Source: an uncultured Acidimicrobiia bacterium (GTDB lineage: Bacteria; Actinomycetota; Acidimicrobiia; Spongiisociales; ZC4RG35). Taken from it: 64,000 bases of DNA. Made by a program: the position numbers and the translations under genes. Each line of letters starts with the position of its first letter. The first letter of the stretch is position 1. The notes beneath the pieces were generated by a model, which was not told the origin of the DNA, made no database searches, and worked only from the letters and a program-made list of their open reading frames with translations. Positions 12,301-21,607 of the stretch are shown piece after piece. The stretch covers positions 3,372 through 67,371 of the forward strand of contig CAWIXU010000009.1 in NCBI GenBank assembly GCA_963840175.1, given 5' to 3'.

Positions 12301-13058
12301 ATGAACGTTTTTGAGATCGAACCGGGAATCAGCCCCCACCATCGAGCTAGGAGTGGCGGCGGGCCGGGCCGACTTCTACCCGGGCCCGGACGGCAAGGTC
12401 GAGATTGAGGTCACGGGATCGGGAGCCGAGTTCGTTGTCGTCGAACAAGTCGGCCGGGTGATCGTCATCCGCGAGGAACGCCGGCTCTTCGGGGGTCGTA
12501 CCGTCAACATCCGCATCAGCGCGCCCGCCGGAACCAATCTCGACGCCTCGGTCGCCTCGATGGACATCTGCTCTCGAGGCGCGGATCTCGGGCGGGTCAA
12601 TCTCATACGGCGTCGGGCGAACATCGAACTCGGTTCGGTCGACAGCCTGGTCGCCCGCAGCGCTTCTGGCGATATCAAGATCGACAGTTGCAGGAACAAT
12701 TGCGAGGTCAGCTCGGCTTCAGGTGATGTCCGCGCGCTCAACGTCGACGGTGATCTTCTGGTTTCGACTGCATCAGGCGACATCATCGCCGATCAGGGTC
12801 GAGGGACGCTCCGAGGTCAAGTCGGCTTCCGGCGACGTGCGTCTCGATTGCTGCCGCGGCGGACAGATCGAGCTCAACTCGATGTCAGGCGATGTGACCA
12901 TCGGCATTCCGGCCGGCACGAGGGTCGATGCGCAAATCGATTCGCTCTCCGGCAGGGTGAGATTTCCCCCCAAACAAAGCGGGCCGGAACCCACCCGCTC
13001 TGCCCGACTCCGGGCACGGACCGTTTCGGGAGATATCGAGGTCCGCAGGGTCGACTGA
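12301..13058 (+). CDS. DUF4097 (putative adhesin / LiaG-YvlB-like beta-strand repeat) protein, frameshifted
   Basis: ATG lies 3 nt after the previous stop. Repeated beta-helix-like units: SASGDIKIDS, SSASGDVRALNVDGDLLVSTASGDIIAD, KSASGDVRLDCCRGGQIELNSMSGDVTIGIPAGTRVDAQIDSLSGRVRF, RTVSGDIEVRRVD-stop (13056-13058). Confidence 0.75.
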
Positions 13059-13093
13059 GAGTGACTGATCGGGGGTCGGCCATACTCCAGGGT

Positions 13094-14287
13094 GTGGAGC
13101 CGTTCGACTCGCCGGCAGAAGCAGCCTTTCCGGGCCGAAGCGCTCGATTGGTTGGAAGCCAAACGCCAAGCGGCACTGACAGCCCTCCGATTGCAGCTTC
13201 GGCGATCGTGGCCGAGTGGTCGCCCGAGGAAGAGGACCGAAAACTCGCCGAGGCCCGTGCCTGGCAGCGGCGCAAGTTCGACGCTGGTTGGGCCGGCATC
13301 GCCTGGCCGAAGGAATACGGCGGTCGAGGCGGCAGCCTGGTCGAGCACGCCATCTTCTCTCAGAGGAGCCGAGCTTCGATGTGCCCCTCGATGCGCTCGC
13401 GGTCGGGACCGGGTGGTGCGGGCCGGCGATTCTGTTCCTGGGCACCGACGAGCAGAAGCGGCGCTATCTGCCGCCGCTCCTCTCGGGTGAGGAGATCTGG
13501 TGCCAGTTGTTCTCCGAGCCAGGGGCCGGCTCAGATCTCGCTGCGCTCGAAACCCGGGCCGTCCGCGACGGCGACGAGTGGGTTCTCAACGGCCAGAAGG
13601 TGTGGACCACTTTCGCCCACAAGTCGGACTTTGGCCTGTGCATCGCCCGGACCGATCCAGCCGCTCCGCAACATCGAGGCTCTGACTGCGTTCGTGGTCG
13701 ACATGCGTCGCCGACGGAGTCGAGGCGCGTCCACTCCGCCAGATGACCGGATCGGCGAATTTCAATGAGGTCTTCCTCAACGATGTGCGGGTGCCCGACG
13801 ACGCCCGCATCGGCGAGGTAGGAGACGGCTGGCGGGTAGTGATCACCACGTTCATGTTCGAGCGCACGTCGGTGGTGGCGGTTGGGTCCACCGTGGCGGA
13901 CGCCTTCATGGAGTTGCTGGCCGAACGCGCTCCGGCAGATCCGCGCCAGCGTGATCGTTTCCTCAAGTCCTGGGTCGCGGGGAAGGCACTCGGCTACACC
14001 CAGCTGCGGATGCTGACCGCCTGGCCCAGGGCCGCATTCCCGGGCCCGAAGGATCGCTGGGGAAGCTCGTCGGGACGCTGCTGCTGACCGACATCTACGA
14101 CCAGGCGATTGAACTGCTCGGAGCCGAGGGCCTTCTTGCCGGAACAGACGCACCGGCGGACGGCGATTGGCAGGACGCCTTTCTCGGGACGCCGGGGCTG
14201 CGGATCGGCGGCGGGACCGACCAGATCCAGCGCAACATCATTGCCGAGCGGATTCTGGGGCTTCCCAAAGATGCGCGGGGGACATGA
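13094..14287 (+). CDS. acyl-CoA dehydrogenase family protein (frameshifted)
   Basis: WAGIAWPKEYGGRGGSLVEHAIF, GTDEQKRRYLPPLLSGEEIWCQLFSEPGAGSDLAALETRAVRDGDEWVLNGQKVWTTFAHKSDFGLCIARTD, MTGSANFNEVFLNDVRVPDDARIGEVGDGWRVVITTFMFERT, and the C-terminus GLRIGGGTDQIQRNIIAERILGLPK. Confidence 0.85.
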
Positions 14288-14972
14288 GTGCGAATACGGG
14301 TCATCACGATCTTCCCGGAGTTCTTCGCTAGTCCGCTTTCGATCTCGATCGTCGCCCGGGCGATCGAATCAGGCGCTCTCACCGTCGAGTTGGTCGACCT
14401 GCGCGATTACGCCAAGGGGGCGCACCGCCAGGTCGATGACGCTCCTTTCGGCGGAGGCCCCGGCATGGTGATGATGATCGAGCCTCTCGACCGTGCGCTC
14501 GCCGATCGGCTGGGACATCGCGTCCTGCTGACGCCGGTCGGCAAACCACTCCTGCACGCGATTCTCGAGCGTTGGGCGACGCTTGACGAATTGACGTTGA
14601 TCTGCGGTCGTTACGAAGGAGTCGACGAGCGCGTCGCCGAGCACCTCGTCGACGAGGAGGTGTCGCTGGGAGACTTCGTCCTCGCCGGCGGAGAAGTCGC
14701 AGCCGCGGCGGTCATCGAAGGGATTGCCCGTCTGCTTCCCGGAGTGGTTGGGAAACTCGGAGTCAATCGAGTACGAGTCGTTTTCGACGGCCTCCTCGAG
14801 GAGCCGCAATACACGCGGCCCGGCGTCGTACAAAGGGTGGGAGGTGCCGGAGGTTCTCCTGTCCGGTGACCACGGCCGGATCGAGTCCTGGCGAGCACGA
14901 GCAACGTCAGCGCCGAACCACCGCCCGCCGACCCGACCTGTTGGGCGAGAACGTTCTAACCACCGACCCTGA
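14288..14972 (+). CDS. trmD: tRNA (guanine37-N1)-methyltransferase TrmD (frameshifted near the 3' end)
   Basis: [67 protein letters not shown]...[50 protein letters not shown]...[13 protein letters not shown]. The GTG start overlaps the acyl-CoA dehydrogenase stop. Confidence 0.85.
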
Positions 14973-15015
14973 TAACATTCGCTCCCTCCGGCCGATCGGT
15001 TTCCAAGGACTCTCG

Positions 15016-15361
15016 ATGAACAAGCTCGACATGATCAGAAGCGCCTACGCGCGCGACGACATCCCCGAATTTCGGCCGGGTGACACCGTCAAGGTGCACG
15101 TTCGGGTCGTCGAGGGCAACCGCGAGCGGACCCAGGTCTTCGAAGGTGTGGTGATCGCCCGCAACGGCAGCGGTCTCGACGCCACCTTCACGGTCCGCAA
15201 GCTCAGCTTCGGGGTCGGAGTCGAGCGGGTCTTCCCGGTGCAACGCGCCGATCATCCAGAAGGTGGAAGTCACCCGCCGCGGCGACGTCCGTCGTTCCAA
15301 GCTCTACTACCTCCGGGATCGGGTCGGTAAGTCCGCCCGGATCAAGGAGAAGCGGGACTGA
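15016..15361 (+). CDS. rplS: 50S ribosomal protein L19 (one frame change)
   Basis: [75 protein letters not shown], then by hand ...[35 protein letters not shown]-stop (TGA 15359-15361). Confidence 0.9.
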
Positions 15362-15399
15362 GCTCCGGAAGCCGGGTCCGAGCTAGACCGAACGCCGGC

Positions 15400-16020
15400 C
15401 GCAGCCCGCCACGCCAAGCCCAGAGCGCCCGCTCTGGGTCGAGCTGCCGATGCTTGTCTGTGGTCGCGGTGTCGATCGCGGTGGTCATCAAGACGTTCCT
15501 GGTGCAGCCGTTCTACGTCCCCAGCGAATCGATGGTCCCGACCATCCTTGCCCAACGATCGCGTGATGGTTTCGAAGTTGAATTATCAATTCGGCGAGCC
15601 TCAACGCGGTGATATCGTCGTGTTCGTCTCGCCGTTCAACGACGAATTCGACCAGGAGACGTTTCTCGAGAGGGTGGTCCGCCACATCGTCGAAGCGGTC
15701 GGGATTCGGACTGCTTCTGCCGATGACCTGATCAAGCGAATCGTCGGCCTCCCGGGCGACGAGATCGTCATCCGGGAAGGAAAGCTTTATCGTCAACGGG
15801 GTCGAGGTGAGCGAGCCCTATCTGCTGGAGCCCGGGGTCATGCCCGACTTCGGACCGGTGATCGTGGCTGAGGACGTCGGTGTTCGTGATGGGCGACAAC
15901 CGCGCCATCAGCTATGACAGCACCCGGTTTGGTCCGATCCCGATGGATCACATTCTCGGCGAGGCTGTGGTCCGCATCTGGCCGGTCGCCCGCTTCGGCG
16001 CGGTCGACGTCCAGAAGTAG
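15400..16020 (+). CDS. lepB: signal peptidase I (frameshifted; start approximate)
   Basis: TM plus catalytic Ser box [55 protein letters not shown], Lys box [24 protein letters not shown], and [35 protein letters not shown]. Stop TAG at 16018-16020. Confidence 0.8.
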
Positions 16021-16070
16021 ATCGGTCGATCTGTCCCACGAGCTGGTAGGCAGGGCTCCATGGATTGGCC

Positions 16071-16426
16071 ATGGTGGCTGGCTTCTCGCGCCTCTCGACC
16101 GCCGAGGTCGGCAGGCTTGGCGAGAATGAAGCCGCTCGTTTCTCTGGCCCGCCGCCAGGTCGAGATCATCGCCCGCAACGTAGGGTGGCAGAAGGGCGAG
16201 CTCGACTTGATCGCCCGCGTCGATGGAAGGCGAACGGCGGTCGAGGTGCGTTCCGTCAGGCGAAACGAGGGCAGTTCGGTGGTTCCTCTCGACGCGTTCG
16301 ACCACGCCAAAGCCACGCAGGTTCGCAAACTTGCAGCCGCAGCGCGTTGTCGCCGCGTCGATCTGATCTGCGTTTCCTTTCATCCGGGTGGGCATCGACA
16401 TGCATTGGGTGCCGGAGATCGCCTAG
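16071..16426 (+). CDS. YraN-family (UPF0102) endonuclease-like protein (frameshifted)
   Basis: MVAGFSRLSTAEVGRLGENEAARF, then LARRQVEIIARNVGWQKGELDLIARVDGRRTAVEVRSVR...DAFDHAKATQVRKLAAAA...RVDLICVSFHPGG, ending IDMHWVPEIA-stop (TAG 16424-16426). The position before comM matches the Mycobacterium layout. Confidence 0.7.
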
Positions 16427-16451
16427 CGCCGCCGGTAGCCTGCCCGACTCC

Positions 16452-17346
16452 ATGGATGCAATCGTCGTCGAAGGTCTCCACAAGCGCTACGGAAGAACTG
16501 TCGCACTCGATGGGCTTTCTTTTGCAGTGCCCGGCTGGACAAGGTCACTGGCTTTCTCGGACCCAACGGCGCCGGCAAGACGACGACCTTCCGTTCCATC
16601 CTCGGGCTGACCCGACCCGACTCCGGGACGATGCAGGTGCTCGGTATGTCAGTGGCGACCAGCCTTCCCCGGATCGTCAAACGACTGGGTGTGATCGTCG
16701 AGGAACCAGGTCTCATCAAAGGGTTGAGCGGACGTAACAACCTCCGGGTTGCGGCCCGCACCCTGGGGAAAGGACGAGACAAGGTCGACGAGCTCTTGCG
16801 CTATGTCGGGCTTGAAGCCGACGGGCGGCGCCGGATCGACGGCTACTCCAAAGGGATGCGCCAGCGCTTGGCTTTCGCCGCAGCTCTCCTGGGCGAGCCC
16901 GAACTTCTGATCCTCGACGAACCACTCGACGGACTCGACCCTGCCGGCCAGGCGCAGATCAAAGCCAACCTGCGGCAGATCGCCGCAGAAGGAAGGACTG
17001 TCGTCGTTTCATCGCACAACCTGGCCGACGTCGAGGCGATGGCCGACCATGTGCTCATGATCAATAAAGGCAAGCTGGTCACGAGCGGCCCCATGAACGA
17101 GCTCCTCGCGCCGTACGGGCTATCTGCTCGAGGTAAGCGATCCATCCGCGGCGCTCGCCGTGCTGGCCGATGCCGGCATCTCTGCGGAGATCGCCGGCGA
17201 CCGCATTGAGGTTGCCTTAGATGACGGGCAAGCGATTTCCCGCTCGTTGGCGGCCGCAGGCATCTACCCAATTGAGCTCGCCCGCAAGACCGGCCGGCTG
17301 GAAGAACTATTCCTCGACCTCACCACGCGCCAATGACATTTCGGGC
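16452..17346 (+). CDS. ABC transporter ATP-binding protein (ABC-2/DrrA-like), frameshifted
   Basis: MDAIVVEGLHKRYGRTVALDGLSFAV, Walker [16 protein letters not shown] (second frame), signature YSKGMRQRLAFAAALLGEPELLILDEPLDGLDP, and VVVSSHNLADVEAMADHVLMINKGKL. Stop TGA at 17344-17346. Confidence 0.85.
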
Positions 17347-17365
17347 AGTGATCTGATGCTCGGGC

Positions 17366-18113
17366 TCATCGCGGCCGAAGTCATCAAGACTTTCCGACGC
17401 CGGACCTTTTGGGTTCTCACCGTCGTGCTCACCCTGCTCGACTGCCTTCCTCGTAGGAATCTTCTTCTTCCTGCCGCGAGTGATCGAAGAGGGCTTCCCG
17501 GCAATTACGAAACCCGACGCGTACATCTTCGGGGCTTCTCAGGTCATCGGGCAGACCTGGTTTCCTCTGATCCTGGCTTCGATGGGGCTGGCGGGGGAGC
17601 TGGCGACTTCGGCCTGGGCTACGGCTTTGACGAGGAACAGCCGACGGGGCCAGCACCTGTTCGCGCCGGCTCGATTACTGCCACGTTCTCGGCCTGGTTC
17701 GCGATGTTGCTGGCGATTGTCCTCTTTTCGGTCGCGGCTTTTTCTTCGCCACAGGGAGCGGCGAGCCCACCCTCGAGGAGTGGCTGGGCATTGCGTGGAA
17801 GGCGCTGTTGATCCAATTCACCTGGGTGGCAATTGGCCTCGCCTTCTCTGCCTGGCTTCGTTCGGTTGGGCCGGCGATCGGAGCCGCCATTGCCTTCAGC
17901 TTCATCGAAGGGCTCCTGATCCTGTGGTCGGGCTGGCGCAAGGTGTCGTTGTCGCTGGCCAGCTCGGCCATCCTGGGCGAGCTCGACGTCAGCGGGTTTG
18001 GCCAGGTGCTGGGAGACCTGCCCGAGTTCCGGACCGCGCTGGCGACGGTGATTGCCTGGGCGGTGGGTGCCGCGTTACTCGCCTGGCTCGGCTTGCGCGT
18101 GCGCGATGCATGA
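17366..18113 (+). CDS. ABC-2 type transporter permease (frameshifted)
   Basis: MLGLIAAEVIKTFRRRTFWVLTVVLTLL plus several further hydrophobic segments (...QTWFPLILASMGLAGELA, LLIQFTWVAIGLAFSAWLRSVGPAIGAAIAFSFIEGLLILW, ATVIAWAVGAALLAWLGL). Sits directly downstream of the ATPase. Confidence 0.6.
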
Positions 18114-18120
18114 TTCCATT

Positions 18121-18157
18121 TGGGCTTGATCCCTTTTGGGCTTGATCCCTTTTGGGC
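18121..18157. repeat. 16-bp tandem repeat, about 2.3 copies (TGGGCTTGATCCCTTT)
   Basis: tgggcttgatcccttt at 18121-18136 and again at 18137-18152, both exact, then tgggc at 18153-18157. It fills the 44-bp gap between two convergent stops (18111-18113 and the complement of 18158-18160). Confidence 0.8.
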
Positions 18158-18359
18158 CTAGGTCTTGCCGAGGAGGCGTCGCGTTTCCTTGTACCAACAG
18201 CCCTGATGCCAATGACGGCGAAGGTCGGGCTCGTCGTCCGGAACGACCACCAGGTGGAACATGCCGGGAGGAATAACGCCATTGCATCCCGGGCACGTGT
18301 AGGGCTTGCGGGCGGCGTAGGACTGAACCGCGCGTGACCGTTACCCCCAGATCGCCCAT
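18158..18359 (-). CDS. small Cys/His-containing (zinc-ribbon-like) hypothetical protein; one frame change implied
   Basis: The complement reads ...RAVQSYAARKPYTCPGCNGVIPPGMFHLVVVPDDEPDLRRHWHQGCWYKETRRLLGKT-stop. The only ATG (MGDLGVTVTR, 18359) is in the adjacent frame. The CxxC...HxxC spacing is the main argument. Confidence 0.4.
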
Positions 18360-18489
18360 GCCAAGAGCCCCACTATGACGGCGATGGTTGCCGCGACCAG
18401 GACCAGGTCGAGGGCGTCCTTGCGAGCCGGGCGAAAGGGGTTGAAGCCCACGAAGTGGACGTTAACGGTCGACAGCTAGCGTCCCCGCG

Positions 18490-19263
18490 ATGACCTGGTT
18501 CCTCACCGAAGACCGTGACGTGGTCAGGACGATCACCCTCAATCGCCCCGAGCGAAGGAATGCGATTCCGCCCGAGGGCTGGCCCGAGTTGCGCCAAGCG
18601 TTTCTGGATTTCGAGACATCCTCACAGCGGGTGCTGGTACTAACCGGAGCAGGCGGCGCTTTCTCCTCGGGTGCCGATCTCGACCCGGAAAGTGCTGACC
18701 GGAATGTTGTCGCCGCCCGCCGGCGGATGAAAGTCGTCGGAGACGCGGCTTCTGCCCTGCATCGGCTAAGCAAACCGACCCTGGCGGTCGTTGATGGCGT
18801 GGCCGCCGGCGCCGGGATGAACCTGGCCCTCGGTTGCGACCTGGTGATTGCGACCCCGCGGGCGAGGTTTAGTGAGATCTTTGTGAAGCGCGGTCTTACT
18901 GTGGACTTTGGAGGCAGCTGGCTCCTGCCCCGGATCGTCGGTTTGCAACGAGCCAAAGAACTTGCGCTCACCGGCCGGATGGTCGAGGCCGAGGAGGCTC
19001 TCTCGCTTGGCCTTGTACTCGAAGTTGTCGAACCCGAGAGACTCGCCGATCGGGTCGCCGAACTGACAGCTGCGCTGGCCGCGGCTGCACCCGTTGCACA
19101 AATGTTCGCCAAGCAAAGCCTCAATCGCGCTTTCCAGGTCAGCTTTGCCCAGGCTCTCAACGACGAAGGCCAATCCCAGGCGATCTGTCTGACCAGCGAT
19201 GATGCCGTCGAGGGCGTGACTGCCTTCCTCGAGAAACGTCCGGCGCGTTTTACCGGCCGATAG
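18490..19263 (+). CDS. enoyl-CoA hydratase/isomerase (crotonase) family protein
   Basis: Intact 257-aa ORF: ITLNRPERRNAI, VLVLTGAGGAFSSGADL, KPTLAVVDGVAAGAGMNLALGCDLVIATPRARFSEIFVKRGL, DAVEGVTAFLEKRPARFTGR. Confidence 0.85.
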   Translation: MTWFLTEDRDVVRTITLNRPERRNAIPPEGWPELRQAFLDFETSSQRVLVLTGAGGAFSSGADLDPESADRNVVAARRRMKVVGDAASALHRLSKPTLAVVDGVAAGAGMNLALGCDLVIATPRARFSEIFVKRGLTVDFGGSWLLPRIVGLQRAKELALTGRMVEAEEALSLGLVLEVVEPERLADRVAELTAALAAAAPVAQMFAKQSLNRAFQVSFAQALNDEGQSQAICLTSDDAVEGVTAFLEKRPARFTGR

Positions 19264-19313
19264 CGCGGGCGACCCTCTAGAAGTCGTCGGCGCGGCCCCG
19301 TACAACGGGAGGC

Positions 19314-20783
19314 GTGTTTTCGCAGACCGTGTCGGTGGCCATGGTCGGGGCCGAGCCGCGCGCGGTACGGATCGAGGCGCACGTGGGAGCGGCGCTGGAG
19401 AAGTTCACCCTGGTCGGACTTCCCGACACTTCAATCCGCGAGGCAAAGCAGCGGGTCAAGGCTGCCATCACCTCCAGTGGTCACAAGTTCCCCAGCCGCA
19501 ACATCACTGTCAATCTCTCGCCGGCCGATCTGCCGAAAGCCGGAGCTGACTACGACCTCCCGATTGCGCTTGGCGTCCTCGCGGCGGCGAAGGCGATTCC
19601 ACCTTTCACTCGCGTGATAGTTGCGGGCGAGCTTGCCCTCGACGGCACCGTGCGACGCAGTCGCTGGGCAATCGGGGCCGGATTGCTCGCGGCCAAGCGC
19701 GGCTGGCCCTGTCTGGTGGCCAAAGCCGACGCGCCCAATGCCGCCCGCGTCCCGGGTGCCCAGGTGTTTGGCATCTCGAGCCTGGCGGAGGCGGTCGCGT
19801 TCGCAACCAGCCCTCCCGAGCCGACCTCGCCCGCGCCCCGGGAAGCGCCGGGGGACGACGGAATCGACATGGCAGAGGTGCGGGGCCAGCCATTTGCCCG
19901 ACGCGCGCTCGAGATCGCGGCGGCGGGCGGTCATCACGTCCTGATGGTGGGCTCGCCGGGATGTGGGAAGACGATGCTGGCCAAGCGATTTCCCGCCTTG
20001 CTTCCCCTGCTGACCGATCAGGAAGCAGTCGAAGTCGCCTGCCTGTGGGCGGCCGCCGACCGACCGCGCCGGTTTTCTTCCCAACCTCCTTTCCGCTCTC
20101 CGCATCACTCGGCCTCGATGGCCGCGATCCTCGGCGGGGGTAGCCCGCACCCGACCCCGGGCGAGGTTTCGTTAGCTCATCACGGAGTTCTATTCCTGGA
20201 CGAGCTAGGGGAGTTTCCTCCGCACCTGCTCAACGCCTTGCGCCAGCCCCTGGAGGATGGAAAGGTCACCATTGCCCGGCGCGGTTCGAGCCTGACGTTT
20301 CCAGCGAGGTCGCAGGTGATTGCCGCTTCCAATCCATGTCCGTGCGGATTCAGCGGCGATCGGGTGGTGTCGTGTAAATGCTCGGCGGCTGAGATTGCCC
20401 GATACCGGAAACGTTTGGCTGAACCATTTCTCGATCGCTTCGATCTGCGTCTGGCGATGACTGCGCCCGAACCCGATGCGCTTTTCGGTCCGCCCGGAGA
20501 AAGCTCGACGGGGATTAGGCAACGGGTCGAAGGCGCCCGCCGGCGGCAGCTCGATCGGGCCAATTGCACCAACTCCCAGCTGGGACGGGCGGCCCTCGAC
20601 TCCCTCGTCTACACCGATGACGCACTCGACTTGATCAGGGTTGCTTTGCGCAAGGGTTTTCTGACCGGCCGCGGCGCTGACCGGGTTCGGCGGGTCGCGC
20701 GCACCATTGCAGACATGGAAGCTCGCGAAGTAGTCGCCGAGCCACAAGTCGCCGAGGCAATTGCCTACCGGGGGACCTTTTGA
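19314..20783 (+). CDS. comM: YifB/ComM-family Mg-chelatase-like AAA+ ATPase
   Basis: Intact 489-aa ORF. Lon-like N-domain (VGLPDTSIREAKQRVKAAI...DLPIALGVLAA). Walker A MVGSPGCGKTMLAKR. Walker B GVLFLDELGEF. Zn-ribbon-like CPCGFSGDRVVSCKCS. C-terminal RGADRVRRVARTIADMEA. Confidence 0.9.
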   Translation: MFSQTVSVAMVGAEPRAVRIEAHVGAALEKFTLVGLPDTSIREAKQRVKAAITSSGHKFPSRNITVNLSPADLPKAGADYDLPIALGVLAAAKAIPPFTRVIVAGELALDGTVRRSRWAIGAGLLAAKRGWPCLVAKADAPNAARVPGAQVFGISSLAEAVAFATSPPEPTSPAPREAPGDDGIDMAEVRGQPFARRALEIAAAGGHHVLMVGSPGCGKTMLAKRFPALLPLLTDQEAVEVACLWAAADRPRRFSSQPPFRSPHHSASMAAILGGGSPHPTPGEVSLAHHGVLFLDELGEFPPHLLNALRQPLEDGKVTIARRGSSLTFPARSQVIAASNPCPCGFSGDRVVSCKCSAAEIARYRKRLAEPFLDRFDLRLAMTAPEPDALFGPPGESSTGIRQRVEGARRRQLDRANCTNSQLGRAALDSLVYTDDALDLIRVALRKGFLTGRGADRVRRVARTIADMEAREVVAEPQVAEAIAYRGTF

Positions 20784-21539
20784 TCCAGGAGACATTGCCC
20801 GTTTACGCCGCCGGTCTGCCCGACTTGCCCGACGCGACTGTGGGTCGAGGGGACGCTCCCTCCCACACCGGGAGTGGCCATCGTGGGCAGTCGCCGCTCG
20901 ACTTCGTACGGAGATCGCATCGCGCGCTCGTTCGCAGCAGCGGTTGTCAAGTGCGGCTGGCCGGTGATATCCGGACTTGCCCGAGGGATCGACGGGGTCG
21001 CGCATCGCGCCTGCCTCGACGCCGGCGGCACGGGGTGGGCAGTGCTTGGCTCCGGGCTCGACACGGTGTACCCCAAACAGCACGAAGCCCTCGCCCGGAG
21101 GTTGGTCGCGACCGGTGGCGGTCTGCTGAGCGAATATCCGCCCGGTACTCCTCCGGCTCCCTTCAGATTTCCGGCCCGCAATCGGATCATCGCCGCCTTG
21201 TCGGCTGTGACCGTCGTTGTCGAGGCGGCCGTCGATGGAGGGGCATTGATCACGGCCCGGCTCGCCCTCGAGATGGGAAGAGAGGTCCTGGTGGTGCCCG
21301 GCGATATCGATCGTTTGGTTTCCCAGGGCTGCAATCTCTTGATTCGAGACGGGGCTCACCCGGTCCTGGGGGCAGCGGACCTTATCGAGTTGCTGAGCTT
21401 TGTCATGGGCCCTCCTCCAAAAGTCGCAGACGTGCGTCTCGACGAAAATGACAAGTCGATCGAAGCAGTGCTGGCCGGCAGCCAGGCGCCAGTGGGGGAC
21501 ACTCTGGCGGGCCTGATCCGCAAACAATTGCTCGGCTAG
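20780..21539 (+). CDS. dprA: DNA-processing protein DprA (one early frame change)
   Basis: VAIVGSRRSTSYGDRIARSFAAAVVKCGWPVISGLARGIDGVAHRACLDAGGTGWAVLGSGLDTVYPKQHEALARRL...[19 protein letters not shown]...GALITARLALEMGREVLVVPGDI. The TTG start overlaps the comM stop. Stop TAG at 21537-21539. Confidence 0.85.
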
Positions 21540-21572
21540 GCAATTGCTCGACTAGGCAATTGCTCGAATAGT
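21525..21572. repeat. 16-bp tandem repeat x3, each unit with a CAATTG palindrome and a TAG
   Basis: caattgctcggctagg (21525-21540), caattgctcgactagg (21541-21556), caattgctcgaatagt (21557-21572). The first unit contains the dprA stop codon. The array ends 36 nt before the xerC GTG. Confidence 0.85.
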
Positions 21573-21607
21573 CAGGACTCCCTCGCCAACCGCCTTAGCC
21601 TTGATGG

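Noticed and set aside
12610-12630. Additional LexA boxes at other TCGAAC occurrences (for example 12615, 52755, 60651, 10231)
   Set aside because: Each has only the left half-site. The right half deviates at three or more of six positions, and all lie inside coding regions.
20205-21527. Long antisense ORFs (for example 20205-21527, 24148-25287, 29569-30540, 42168-43256, 328-1029, all minus strand) as extra genes
   Set aside because: They lie opposite clearly identified genes (comM/dprA, tsf/pyrH, ispG, pnp, the oxidoreductase). They translate to Arg/Pro/Gly-rich low-complexity strings. They are the expected stop-poor shadow frames of high-GC DNA.
19314-21539. comM-dprA as part of a competence or defence island
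   Set aside because: This pair, followed by xerC, is a conserved housekeeping arrangement in actinobacteria. No other competence or defence genes accompany it.
21525-21572. Tandem 16-bp arrays (also 18121-18157) as a CRISPR array
   Set aside because: The units are directly adjacent with no spacers, have only 2-3 copies, are far shorter than CRISPR repeats, and no cas genes are present.
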